Assembly (NCBI GenBank): GCA_031367385.1
Contig: JANLPS010000491.1
Span: forward strand, 1 to 20,076
Direction of reading: 5' to 3'
Source of the DNA: Archangium sp.
GTDB taxonomy: Bacteria; Myxococcota; Myxococcia; Myxococcales; Myxococcaceae
DNA length: 20,076 nt
Shown: positions 1 through 8,691 of the stretch, piece by piece
How the letters are laid out: each line of letters starts with the position of its first letter
Position numbering within the stretch: the first letter of the stretch is position 1
The notes under the pieces: model-generated
What the model was told of the DNA's origin: nothing
The model's database searches: none
Seen by the model: the letters and a program-made list of their open reading frames with translations, nothing else
Program-made: the position numbers and the translations under genes

Positions 1-1
1 G

Positions 2-694
2 CCCAGCACACTGCTCGCCGCCGTCGACAGCAGCGTCGGTGGCAAAGGGGCGGTCAACGTCGGCGAGGTCAAGAACGCGCTCGGCGTCTTTCACTACCCC
101 GACGAGTCGTGGCTCTGCCCACAGCTCTTCACCACCTTGACCGAAGCGCAGCGACGCGAGGGCCGCCTCGAGGCCTACAAAATGGCGCTCGGCGAAGCGA
201 AGCTCTGGGCCTCGTGGTCGTCACGGCAGCCAGATGACGAAACGCTGATCGCCGAATCTCGCGCGCTCAAGGCGAAGATCTGCGCCAGAGACCCCTACGA
301 GCGCACCGGTCAACGCACCGCGCTCAACTTCGGCCACACCTTCGGTCACGTCATCGAAGCCGTGACCCACCACCGCGTTCGTCACGGCGAAGCCGTCGGC
401 CTGGGCATGCTCTGCGCGCTCGACGTCGGCGTCGCCCTCGGCGTGACGCCCGTGCACCTCGCGCAAGAAGTCGAAGGCGCACTCCCGAATGCGCCGGGGG
501 CCCGCCGCCGCCTCGCACGCGTGCTTCACCGCGTCTCAGCGACCAGGGTCAGCCAGCTGCTGGCGGCCGACAAGAAAGGCTCGGCCCAAGGCTCGGTGCG
601 CATGGTGTTGCTCGCGAAACCCGGGCGCTGGGCCCTCGAGCCCGTCTCGCCCAAGGTCTGGTCGCGCCTCTTCGGCACGTGGAGCACCCGGTGA
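2..694 (+). CDS. aroB: 3-dehydroquinate synthase (5'-truncated by window edge)
   Basis: Frame is open from base 2: PSTLLAAVDSSVGGKGAVN...KNALGVFHYP, then EAYK, DPYERTGQRTALNFGHTFGHVIE and HGEAV. These are the AroB NAD-binding and metal-ligand motifs. The ORF-track start at 137 is internal. Confidence 0.95.
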   Translation, partial: PSTLLAAVDSSVGGKGAVNVGEVKNALGVFHYPDESWLCPQLFTTLTEAQRREGRLEAYKMALGEAKLWASWSSRQPDDETLIAESRALKAKICARDPYERTGQRTALNFGHTFGHVIEAVTHHRVRHGEAVGLGMLCALDVGVALGVTPVHLAQEVEGALPNAPGARRRLARVLHRVSATRVSQLLAADKKGSAQGSVRMVLLAKPGRWALEPVSPKVWSRLFGTWSTR

Positions 695-1899
695 TCGATC
701 TCGTCCCTCCGTTGTCGAAGTCTGATGCGCAGCGGGCGCTGGTGCTGGCTGACGCCCTGGGCGTCGAGAACGTCATCCAAACCGGCGAAGCGCTGCCCCG
801 CGACGTTGAAGTGCTTCGTGACGGCCTTGTTGCGCTGCAGCAACCAGTCGCCGAAATCGACTGCCACGATGGCGGTGCGCCATTTCGCTTCTTGCTCACC
901 CAGGCGGCGCTGCGACCCGGGCACGTGACCCGCTTCACCGGTACGCCCCGCTTGGGGGCCCGCCCGCACGGCCCTCTGTTGCAGGCGCTCAGTGACTCGC
1001 TGCACTGCACCATCGAGCTCAGCCCCGGCCTCTGGCCGCTCACCGTTCGAGCCAGCGCCGACGCGCTCGAGGTCGCGGGCTTTTCGGTCACCGGCGCCGA
1101 GAGCAGCCAATTCGCCAGCAGCCTCTTGCTCGGCGCCGCGCGGGTCGTTCACCAGACCGGCCGCGGCTGCGAGGTCACCGTCGACGGAGCGCTCACCAGC
1201 CTGGGGTACCTCGAGCTGACCCAGGCCTGGGTCGAGCGGGCCGGCTTCACCGTGCATCGCCACGATCAACGCTGGCGAGTCGAGCCCCGCGGCACCGAGA
1301 CGCCTTTTCCCGCGGTGCCGGGAGACTGGTCGTCGCTCACCTACCTGCTCCCCCTCGCGTGGAAGTTCGGCGCCACGGTCTCGCGGGTTCAGCTCGCCAG
1401 CGATCACCCCGACGAGCGCTTCGCCGCTCACCTGGGCTTGGTCGGCTTGAGCCTCGTACCCAGGGGGCCTTCGCAGTTCAGCGTCGAGGGCACTTTGCGT
1501 GATGGCCTGATCGTCGACAGCGAGCAGTGCCCCGACTCCGTGCCAGCCTTGGTGGCCTTGGCTTGCGTGCTGCCTGCGCCTTCGACCTTCACCCGCATCG
1601 GAGTGCTCAGGCACAAAGAGAGCGACCGCGTCGAAGGCGTCTGCGACTTTGCGCGCCGCATCGGTGCGCAGGTCGAGCTGACCGCTGACGCCTTTCGAAT
1701 CACGCCGTCACCCTCGCGCCCCGCTGGGCTCGAGCTCGACGCGCACGACGACCACCGCATGGCGATGGCTGCGACCGTGCTCAGCGCGCTGACCGGAGTG
1801 AGGCTCTCGCTGCGTGGCGCGGGCAGCGTCGGCAAGAGCTTCCCCGGGTTTTGGCGTGAGATTGAGAAGCTCGGGCTCGAGGTCACCAAGCTGCCATGA
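691..1899 (+). CDS. aroA: 3-phosphoshikimate 1-carboxyvinyltransferase (EPSP synthase)
   Basis: Motifs PPLSKSDAQRAL, ARPHGPL, SSQFASSLL, VPGDWSS, CPD, LRHKESDR, DDHRMAMA, VGKSFPGFW. GTG at 691 overlaps the aroB stop (GTGA) with GGAG at 681-684, so it is preferred over 679. Confidence 0.95.
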   Translation: MIDLVPPLSKSDAQRALVLADALGVENVIQTGEALPRDVEVLRDGLVALQQPVAEIDCHDGGAPFRFLLTQAALRPGHVTRFTGTPRLGARPHGPLLQALSDSLHCTIELSPGLWPLTVRASADALEVAGFSVTGAESSQFASSLLLGAARVVHQTGRGCEVTVDGALTSLGYLELTQAWVERAGFTVHRHDQRWRVEPRGTETPFPAVPGDWSSLTYLLPLAWKFGATVSRVQLASDHPDERFAAHLGLVGLSLVPRGPSQFSVEGTLRDGLIVDSEQCPDSVPALVALACVLPAPSTFTRIGVLRHKESDRVEGVCDFARRIGAQVELTADAFRITPSPSRPAGLELDAHDDHRMAMAATVLSALTGVRLSLRGAGSVGKSFPGFWREIEKLGLEVTKLP

Positions 1900-3320
1900 G
1901 CCCGCGGCTCGACGCGGTGGTGGTCGGCTCCGGCCCCAATGGGCTCGCGGCGGCGCTGACGCTGGCGCAGGCTGGCCACTCGGTCACAGTCTTCGAGGGC
2001 CAGTCAACCATCGGCGGAGGCGCGCGAACGCTGCCGCTCACGCTGCCCGGGTTTCGCCATGACCTGTGCTCGGCGATTCACCCGATGGCCGCGGCCTCTC
2101 CGTTCTTCAACAGCCTGGGCCTGGCCCAGCATGGCGTCGACTTCATTCACTCGCCGTACCCTTTGGTGCACCCGCTCAGTGATGGGCGTGCAGCCGTGTT
2201 GCACCGCAGCGTCGAAGAGACCGCCGCCGGGCTGGGCGCCGACGAAGCGCGCTACCTGAAGCTGTTCAAACCACTCGTCGAGCACTTCGAGTCGATCAAA
2301 CCGCTGATCTTCAACCCCATCACCCACCCGCCGCGTGGCAACCCGCTCATCGCCGCACGCTTCGGGCTCAACGCGCTCCGCAGCGCGTCTGACTTCGCCT
2401 TTGACGAGCTCGAGACCGAAGAAGGCCGCGCATTGATGGCCGGCTGCGCGGCGCATTCGTTCTCGCCACTGACCGACCCGCTCACCGCCTCGTTCAGCCT
2501 GGTGCTCGCCGTCGCTGCCCACGCCGTGGGGTGGCCGCTGATTCGAGGTGGCTCGCAGTCGCTCATCGACGCGCTGCTGAAGCTGCTCCGCGCGGCCGGA
2601 GGCGAGGTCGAGGTCAACCGGCCCATCACGAGCCTGCGCGAGCTGCCCGACTCGAAGCTGGTGCTCTTCGACACCCACGCCGAGGTGATGGCCCGAATCG
2701 CAGGTGATGCTTTGCCTGCCGCGTACCACCGGGCACTCGGCCGTTTTCGCCGGGGCTGCGGCGTCTTCAAGGTCGACTACGCCCTCGACGCGCCCGTGCC
2801 GTGGAGCGCCTCGGCCGCTCGCGATGCCGCCACCATTCACCTCGGGGGCACACTTGAAGAGGTGATCGAGTCAGAGGCCGCGCCCAGTGCCGGTCGCACC
2901 TCGCGAAAGCCCTACGTGTTGTGCGCGCAGCAAAGCCAGTTCGATGACTCGCGCGCTCCACATGGTCAGCACACGTTTTGGGCTTACTGCCATGTGCCCA
3001 ACGGCAACAATGACGACCTGACCTCAGTGCTCGAAGCGCAAATCGAACGGTTCGCTCCCGGGTTCTCGCAGCACGTGCTCCACCGCTCGGTGAAGCGAAG
3101 CGGCGACTTCGAGACCAGCAACGCGAGCTACGTCGGAGGCGACATTTCAGGCGGCTCGGTCGGAGGCCTGCAGCTCTTCGCCCGCCCGACCCTGCGGCTG
3201 CCGTACACCACCCCGAACCCGAGGCTGCTGATCTGCTCGTCGTCAGCGCCCCCCGGCCCCGCGGTGCACGGCATGTGTGGTCACTGGGCCGCCAAGCTCG
3301 CCATCAAGCGTCTGCGGTGA
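1896..3320 (+). CDS. NAD(P)/FAD-dependent oxidoreductase, phytoene dehydrogenase-like (COG1233)
   Basis: N-terminal VVVGSGPNGLAAA...E...IGGG dinucleotide-binding motif, FRHDLCSAIHP, GWPLIRGGSQ, C-terminal SSSAPPGPAVHGMCGHWAA. ATGA overlap with the aroA stop. Confidence 0.85.
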   Translation: MSPRLDAVVVGSGPNGLAAALTLAQAGHSVTVFEGQSTIGGGARTLPLTLPGFRHDLCSAIHPMAAASPFFNSLGLAQHGVDFIHSPYPLVHPLSDGRAAVLHRSVEETAAGLGADEARYLKLFKPLVEHFESIKPLIFNPITHPPRGNPLIAARFGLNALRSASDFAFDELETEEGRALMAGCAAHSFSPLTDPLTASFSLVLAVAAHAVGWPLIRGGSQSLIDALLKLLRAAGGEVEVNRPITSLRELPDSKLVLFDTHAEVMARIAGDALPAAYHRALGRFRRGCGVFKVDYALDAPVPWSASAARDAATIHLGGTLEEVIESEAAPSAGRTSRKPYVLCAQQSQFDDSRAPHGQHTFWAYCHVPNGNNDDLTSVLEAQIERFAPGFSQHVLHRSVKRSGDFETSNASYVGGDISGGSVGGLQLFARPTLRLPYTTPNPRLLICSSSAPPGPAVHGMCGHWAAKLAIKRLR

Positions 3321-3403
3321 TCGCAGCCCTGCGCGTTGATGCACCAGATCCGGTGGAAATCGCTGCTCCACCTGTAAACGGCGAGTGGCATCACACACCG
3401 ACC

Positions 3404-3449
3404 CAACCCGTTGAATTGATGATCTTCAGAGCGCGGCCAGCAACTTGCT
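3404..3449 (+). promoter_or_regulatory. Putative sigma54 promoter (-24 GG 3435-3436, -12 GC 3447-3448) with an upstream IHF-like site (3404-3416)
   Basis: CGGCCAGCAACTTGCT has GG-N10-GC spacing and the TTGCT -12 element. CAACCCGTTGAAT is a near match to the IHF consensus YAANNNNTTGATW. Confidence 0.5.
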
Positions 3450-3464
3450 TTGGGTCGCTGCGCC

Positions 3465-3722
3465 ATGTCCTTTCTCGAACGAGCCATTGAAGATCGCCGT
3501 GTTCAAATCTGCGCCGCCATTCTTGGGGTCGTGGTGCTGGCCATCTCCGCGGGGTTCTTGATGGCGTCGAAGGCTGCTCCGAAGGCGATGAACACGAGCT
3601 TGCCGCACGCGTACACCAACGTGCCGATTCTGCGCTCGCTCAACCAGGGCCAGCCGATGCGTTCGACGACCGGCGTGCTGAGCTACTCGCGGCCATCGCC
3701 CAGCCGAACCGCCCAACGCTGA
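3465..3722 (+). CDS. Small single-pass membrane hypothetical protein (85 aa)
   Basis: ATG at 3465. One hydrophobic segment (VQICAAILGVVVLAISAGFLMA). Fills an otherwise empty gap directly behind the promoter-like motif. Confidence 0.6.
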   Translation: MSFLERAIEDRRVQICAAILGVVVLAISAGFLMASKAAPKAMNTSLPHAYTNVPILRSLNQGQPMRSTTGVLSYSRPSPSRTAQR

Positions 3723-3785
3723 AGACAGCGGCGTGCAGTGCGCTATAGACGCGGCTCCTTTTGACTTTCTCGGGGGCTCTCGCGC

Positions 3786-4349
3786 GTGCGCATCGTCTTC
3801 ATTACCTCGTGGTGTCTGATCATTGCCTGCGCGACGGTCAAGCCAGCGCCGACCTCGACCACCCGTGAGCTGCTCTCGCGCGCGTTGGGCGCCTTCGTCG
3901 CGGCGGCCGGCCCGACCGCCTCACCTTCGCTTTGGCTCACCAATGAAGATGACACCGATTGCGACCGAGCCGAGAGCGCGTTGCACGGCCAGGCGGTGGC
4001 GCACCCACTCGACGCGGTGGCCTACGAGGTGTTTGAAAATCAGCTGACCGCGACGCGGTGGGCCCACGTCGTCGAGGCCCATCGCCACAACTACGCGCGC
4101 GATCTGAAACCCGAAACGCGCAAGAACGTCGTCACCAAAGAGGGCTCGACCGTCGTCGAAGATCTCTGTTTTCTCGACGAGGCCAAGAAGCGAAACGTCG
4201 ACAAGGTGCTCGTGTACCAAGTGGTCGGCGAGGCACCGGGCTCGGTGATGGTGCACTTCAGGCTCTCAGACGCACGCACCGGGCTCATCGAGGTGAGCCG
4301 CACGTTTCTCGCGGGTGACGGCGCCGTCGAAGACCGGAGCGCGAAGTGA
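3786..4349 (+). CDS. Putative lipoprotein, possibly CsgG/LpoB/FlgO-like fold
   Basis: Short hydrophobic N-terminus ending IIA-C (lipobox-like). The C-terminal pattern EAKKRNVDKVLVYQV...VMVHFRLSDARTGLIEVS resembles the alpha/beta core of that fold family (inference). Confidence 0.6.
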   Translation: MRIVFITSWCLIIACATVKPAPTSTTRELLSRALGAFVAAAGPTASPSLWLTNEDDTDCDRAESALHGQAVAHPLDAVAYEVFENQLTATRWAHVVEAHRHNYARDLKPETRKNVVTKEGSTVVEDLCFLDEAKKRNVDKVLVYQVVGEAPGSVMVHFRLSDARTGLIEVSRTFLAGDGAVEDRSAK

Positions 4350-4975
4350 AGCAGCTGCTGCTGCTCGGCTGCGTGCTGCCGATGCTGGCGTGGGGCGGGC
4401 GACCGCGCACCGAGCGGAGTGAAGTGCTGCCAGCGAGTGAAACGCCCGCGGGCCCCTCCGCGCCGGGCGATTTGGTCATCACCGGCGATCTCGGCATCGG
4501 CAGCTGGAAGTCGTCATTGGTGGTGGTGACCAGCTTCGAGAGCAGCATCGGGCTGGGCGCGCACCTGACTCGGCACATCTTGCTCACCGGCCAAGTCGAC
4601 GTCGGCTGGAGCGGCAACCCTTCGTACTCGAGCGCCGTGCTCGCCCGCGTTTCGATCAGCGCCATGCTCGCGTGGGACGTGTTCGAGCTGATTCGCGGCC
4701 TCACGCACCGGGAGATACCGTTCGAGGTGGGCCCCGAGGTCGCGCTCGGCGCCGGCGCCGCCATTCCCCAAGTGCAATTCGCGCTCCCGCTTTTGCAACT
4801 CGGCGGCTTCGCCAGGTACGTGTTCTCGCCATCGTTCTCACTGGGGCTTCGCCTGCGCGGCATGATCCCCTTCTGGCCGGTCGGCCCGTACGGGTTTCAT
4901 GGCGATAGAACGATTCGAAACACCACCGAGCCGAGCGGCTTCACGGCGACCCTCTCACTGATTCGAACGTTCTAA
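4346..4975 (+). CDS. Putative outer-membrane beta-barrel-like protein
   Basis: Signal-peptide-like start, alternating hydrophobic strands (LTGQVDVGW, FEVGPEVALGAG, FSLGLRLRG) and a terminal Phe (LSLIRTF). GTGA overlap with the upstream gene. Confidence 0.6.
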   Translation: MKQLLLLGCVLPMLAWGGRPRTERSEVLPASETPAGPSAPGDLVITGDLGIGSWKSSLVVVTSFESSIGLGAHLTRHILLTGQVDVGWSGNPSYSSAVLARVSISAMLAWDVFELIRGLTHREIPFEVGPEVALGAGAAIPQVQFALPLLQLGGFARYVFSPSFSLGLRLRGMIPFWPVGPYGFHGDRTIRNTTEPSGFTATLSLIRTF

Positions 4976-4977
4976 CC

Positions 4978-6357
4978 ATGCACGCACTGCGCTTCGTCGG
5001 TCTCGGTTTCATGCTCGGGCTGTTCTTCGCTGTGACCCCCTCGTGCGGGGCGGTGCGACCGTGCACCCCCAGCAACTGCCGTGGCTGCTGCGCCGCTGAT
5101 GGCGTGTGTGAGCTCGGCACGACGACCGGTGCCTGCGGTCAAAATGGCGCCGCGTGCGTGAGCTGCGCCAAGTCGCAACAGTGCAACGGCAGCTGTTTCG
5201 GTGGCAACGTCGAGGGCACCGACTCCGGCACGGGCGGCGGCCTCGGTGGAGGTACCGGCGGAGGCGATGGCGGAGGGGCGGGCGGAGGCACGGGTGGCGG
5301 AACAGGCGGTCTCACCGACGGTGGCTCGGTCGCAGATGGAGGCGCACTCACGGAGCCCGCGGATGCCGGGCCTCACCGCGTCTTCGTCACGAGCGCTCAG
5401 TACTCAGGTCAGCTGGCGGGCCTGGCCGGCGCCGATCAGCTCTGCCAGACGGCGGCGATCGCCGCCAACAAGGGCGGCACATGGAAGGCGTGGCTGAGCT
5501 CGAGCACGGTCAACGCCATCGACCGAATCACCGACCTGGGCCCGTGGTACCAGCAGCCCTCGGCCGGAGCGTGGGTCAAGACCTTCAACAACAAGGCGAA
5601 CCTGGTGACCTCACCCCTGCAGCGGCTCTACGTCGACGAGGAGGGCCGAGGAAACAGCGTCAGCACCCAACGTACGTATTGGACTGGCACGCTCCAGACC
5701 GGGCTTCACGCCGACGCGACCTGCAGTGACTGGGTGTCGAGCACTTTGCAGAACGGCATCGTTGGCCCTGGCTCGAGCGCCTGGTCGACCAATGACTTCG
5801 TGGTCGCGTGCACCGCCGCTTACGCACTGGTGTGCTTCGAGCAATCGAAGCTGCCCGCGCCCTCGAGCGAGCCGAACACCCACAAGCGCGTGTTCGTCAC
5901 GAGCGCCGAGTACTCGGGTCAATTGGGAGGCCTCGCCGGCGCCGATCAGCTCTGCCAGACAGCAGCGACCGCGGCGAACAAGGGCGGCACGTGGAGGGCG
6001 TGGCTGAGCTCGAGCACGGTCAACGCCATCGACCGAATCGCCGACGTGGGCCCGTGGTACCAGGAGCCTTCGGCCGGAGCGCTGGTCAAGACCTTCAACA
6101 ACAAGGCGAACCTGGTGACCTCACCCCTGCAGCGGCTCTACGTCGACGAGGAGGGCCGAGGAAATAGCGTCAGCACCCAGCGTACGTATTGGACGGGCAC
6201 GCTCCAGACCGGTCAGCACGCGAGCGCGACCTGCAATGACTGGGCATCGAGCACCTCGCAGAACGGCACTGTTGGCCCTGGCAGCAGCGCGTGGTCGTAC
6301 AACGACTTCGTGGTCTCGTGCACCAGCACCTACTCGCTCGTCTGCCTCGAGCAGTAG
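4978..6357 (+). CDS. Cys-rich/Gly-rich lipoprotein with two tandem DUF1554-like (endostatin/C-type-lectin-like) domains
   Basis: Signal peptide ending TPS-C, Cys-rich module (CTPSNCRGCC...ACGQNGAACVSC), GGGTGGG linker, then two RVFVTS..YSG.L.GLAGADQLCQ..A...GTW.AWLS...YWTGT...C.DW...LVC.EQ domains. Confidence 0.8.
   Translation: MHALRFVGLGFMLGLFFAVTPSCGAVRPCTPSNCRGCCAADGVCELGTTTGACGQNGAACVSCAKSQQCNGSCFGGNVEGTDSGTGGGLGGGTGGGDGGGAGGGTGGGTGGLTDGGSVADGGALTEPADAGPHRVFVTSAQYSGQLAGLAGADQLCQTAAIAANKGGTWKAWLSSSTVNAIDRITDLGPWYQQPSAGAWVKTFNNKANLVTSPLQRLYVDEEGRGNSVSTQRTYWTGTLQTGLHADATCSDWVSSTLQNGIVGPGSSAWSTNDFVVACTAAYALVCFEQSKLPAPSSEPNTHKRVFVTSAEYSGQLGGLAGADQLCQTAATAANKGGTWRAWLSSSTVNAIDRIADVGPWYQEPSAGALVKTFNNKANLVTSPLQRLYVDEEGRGNSVSTQRTYWTGTLQTGQHASATCNDWASSTSQNGTVGPGSSAWSYNDFVVSCTSTYSLVCLEQ
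5377..6354 (+). repeat. Intragenic direct repeat: 468-bp units at 5377-5844 and 5887-6354 (period 510 bp)
   Basis: Ungapped codon alignment by eye: 20 of 156 residues differ. An 81-bp block is identical (5574-5654 = 6084-6164). Confidence 0.95.
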
Positions 6358-6513
6358 AGCGCCGGGTGCGTCAGCCGGTTTGACCGTCGATGCCGATAAC
6401 GACCGTGAAGCCCCCGTCTCAGCAAGTCGCAGTTTTCGATTTCAACCCGAACTGTTGACCCAGCTTCCAAATACGGTCGGTCTCAAGGTTGGGAAATCGC
6501 CATCACGGCGAGA

Positions 6514-6987
6514 TCACCATCGGTGAAACGCCGGGTGGCCGGGCCCCACCGCGACGAACGTACCGCGCAGCGTCGCCCGAACTTTGCCTTGGGCCGTGAG
6601 CTCAGCTTCGACCGCCGCGCGATCAGTGCCCGGTGCATCAACGACCCGTGCGACCAACTCGATTGGCCCGTCGATCGGGCACGGCCGCTTGAGTTGCACC
6701 GAGAAATCAGACGTGACGGTGCACGGAGGCTCGTGTGCGCCACGCGCCCGCATCAAGTGCATCGAGGCGGCCCAGTTGGCGTGGCAATCGAGCAGCGCGC
6801 CGACGATGCCTCCGTTGAGCACTCCGGGAAAAGCCTGGTGGTGCGGCTCGGCCGACCACGTCGCGCGCAGTGCATCGCCTTGCTCGAAGCTTCGAATGCG
6901 CAGCCCCTTCTCGTTGGCAGGGCCGCAGCCGAAGCAAATGCTCTTCGCGGCGAAGGTCTCCTGAACGCTCTTCGCCGGGTCAGCCAT
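6514..6987 (-). CDS. PaaI-family hotdog-fold thioesterase
   Basis: CFGCGPANEKGLRI N-terminal motif, HQAFPGVLNGGIVGALLD, CTVTSDFSVQLKRP. Confidence 0.9.
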   Translation of the reverse strand: MADPAKSVQETFAAKSICFGCGPANEKGLRIRSFEQGDALRATWSAEPHHQAFPGVLNGGIVGALLDCHANWAASMHLMRARGAHEPPCTVTSDFSVQLKRPCPIDGPIELVARVVDAPGTDRAAVEAELTAQGKVRATLRGTFVAVGPGHPAFHRW

Positions 6988-6993
6988 CGCGCC

Positions 6994-8607
6994 TCACAAT
7001 CGAACGTCGGTCTGAAAAATCGGAGGGATCTTCACGAAGCTGATGCTCGCGCTGCGCCCCATGAACCCGCGCGCCTCTTCGATGGCCTCCGAGAGCGTGT
7101 CGGTGCGGTCCCACCCCATCATTGCGGGCACGTGGTTGTTCTCAGACCCCGCGGCGATGACCTTGCCGACGTGTTGACGGCCGTTCTCGCCCCAGTACCA
7201 CATGTAGAAGGGGTGGGCCCCGTGGTAGCTGTGGCCCTTGCGGTAGAGGTGCACGTACGACGGGTTCTTGGCGAACTCTCGCTCGTACTTGTGTGACAGC
7301 ACGTGCGCATCTCGCGTCTCGGGCAACAAGCGGTTGAAGAACTCGATGTACGGCGCGTGGTGCTCGGGGTCGAACTCGTCGTAGCAAGGGTGGGTGATGA
7401 TGATCACTCCGCCTTTTTTCACCAACGGCACACCGCGGTTCAAATTGAACAGGTAGCCGAGCGCCATCACCTGCACCAGCAACGGGTTCAGAATCGAGTT
7501 CACGTTGTACGGCGAGACGTAGGGCATGCCTAAGATGACGATGTCTGACTGCCCGTCGACCGGCACGCTGTACTGCTTCCACGACTGCTCGAGGGTCTTG
7601 ACGTGGGTCGGCTCGGTCGCCCCTGCGAAGACGCCGGTCACTTCGTACGGCGCGTGAATGTTGAAGAACATCTTTCGCTTCAGCGCGCGAGGCAGCTTCG
7701 AGAGCGAGTACTTCATGCCCTGCAGCTTGAGCCGGTCGAACTCGGTGAAGTCTTCTTCTTTCTTCATCAAGAAGTCGGTCGCGCCATCGAACATGCGGTT
7801 GTTGATGGTCGTTTCGATGTGAAAGACCTTCAGGTTCTTGTCGATGACCCGGCCGATGCGCTCGGTCGAGCGGTGCAGCTGGCTCTTGCTGGGCTCCATG
7901 TACGACTCGGTGTCGCGAATGGTCTTGGGGTTGTGGTGCGCGCGCAGCGACTCGTAGTTGGTGAGGCCGGTGCCCACCGATTTGTGCCCACCGTCCATCG
8001 GTACGAGGTTGATGTTCACGTAGATGGTGAGATCAGACTCGGCAGCGCGGCGGTTGATCGCGACCACTTCGTTGTGGCTGGTGCGCTCGAGCTCGACGAT
8101 GCCTTCGGGGTCTTCGGCGTCGTGGTTGTAATACCGGTCAGGGTAGAACTCGTCGTAGATCTTCTGGCCGACCATGCGCTTCATCTCGGCTTCGGTCATG
8201 CGGCGGTGCAGGGCGTTGGCGATCACCAGGTGCACGTCATCGACGCCCGAGTCGGCGAGCAGCTCGAGCACGATTTCGAGAATCTGCTGGCGCACATCGG
8301 GCAGCTTCATCGGCGGCAGCGGCAGCGAGATGTCGTCGAGCGCGATCGTCACCCGCATGCCCGGCGTGAGCATCGCGTGCAGCGGGTCCATCGCTTCGGG
8401 GTGGTTCAAGGCGTAGCGAATCGCCGCCTTCACGTTGGGCACGCCCTCGAGCGGAGGCCGCGAGCAGATCACCCGCGTGCCGACCGGCAGGTGCTCGACC
8501 CAGAAGTCTTCGCCGTAGAACATCACCCGCGGGGGCGAGCCCTTCTCGGTGATGATGATGTGGCTTTCGTCGTCGTACAGCTTCTTCAGGGTCTTCAGAG
8601 GGCGCAT
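6994..8607 (-). CDS. Lactate racemase N-terminal-domain (LarA-N/DUF2088) protein, 537 aa
   Basis: AIRYALNHP...[44 protein letters not shown]. Start placed at ATG 8607 (MRPLKTLKK); the longer 8772 start would overlap the divergent gene. Confidence 0.8.
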   Translation of the reverse strand: MRPLKTLKKLYDDESHIIITEKGSPPRVMFYGEDFWVEHLPVGTRVICSRPPLEGVPNVKAAIRYALNHPEAMDPLHAMLTPGMRVTIALDDISLPLPPMKLPDVRQQILEIVLELLADSGVDDVHLVIANALHRRMTEAEMKRMVGQKIYDEFYPDRYYNHDAEDPEGIVELERTSHNEVVAINRRAAESDLTIYVNINLVPMDGGHKSVGTGLTNYESLRAHHNPKTIRDTESYMEPSKSQLHRSTERIGRVIDKNLKVFHIETTINNRMFDGATDFLMKKEEDFTEFDRLKLQGMKYSLSKLPRALKRKMFFNIHAPYEVTGVFAGATEPTHVKTLEQSWKQYSVPVDGQSDIVILGMPYVSPYNVNSILNPLLVQVMALGYLFNLNRGVPLVKKGGVIIITHPCYDEFDPEHHAPYIEFFNRLLPETRDAHVLSHKYEREFAKNPSYVHLYRKGHSYHGAHPFYMWYWGENGRQHVGKVIAAGSENNHVPAMMGWDRTDTLSEAIEEARGFMGRSASISFVKIPPIFQTDVRL

Positions 8608-8691
8608 CGAAGGCGCGTTCTCGCTGGCAGTTCGGGGCCCGTCAAGCCGTAGCTTCGGGCACACCGGTGCGTTACGAGAGCCCCGCACGTC

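Noticed and set aside
5377..6354. Diversity-generating retroelement TR/VR pair (near-identical repeats in a lectin-like fold)
   Set aside because: Mismatches are not adenine-specific (many C/G and C/T changes), both copies are in-frame domains, and no reverse transcriptase is in the window.
6394..6500. Integron attC site
   Set aside because: No proper RYYYAAC/GTTRRRY pair, single copy, and no integrase.
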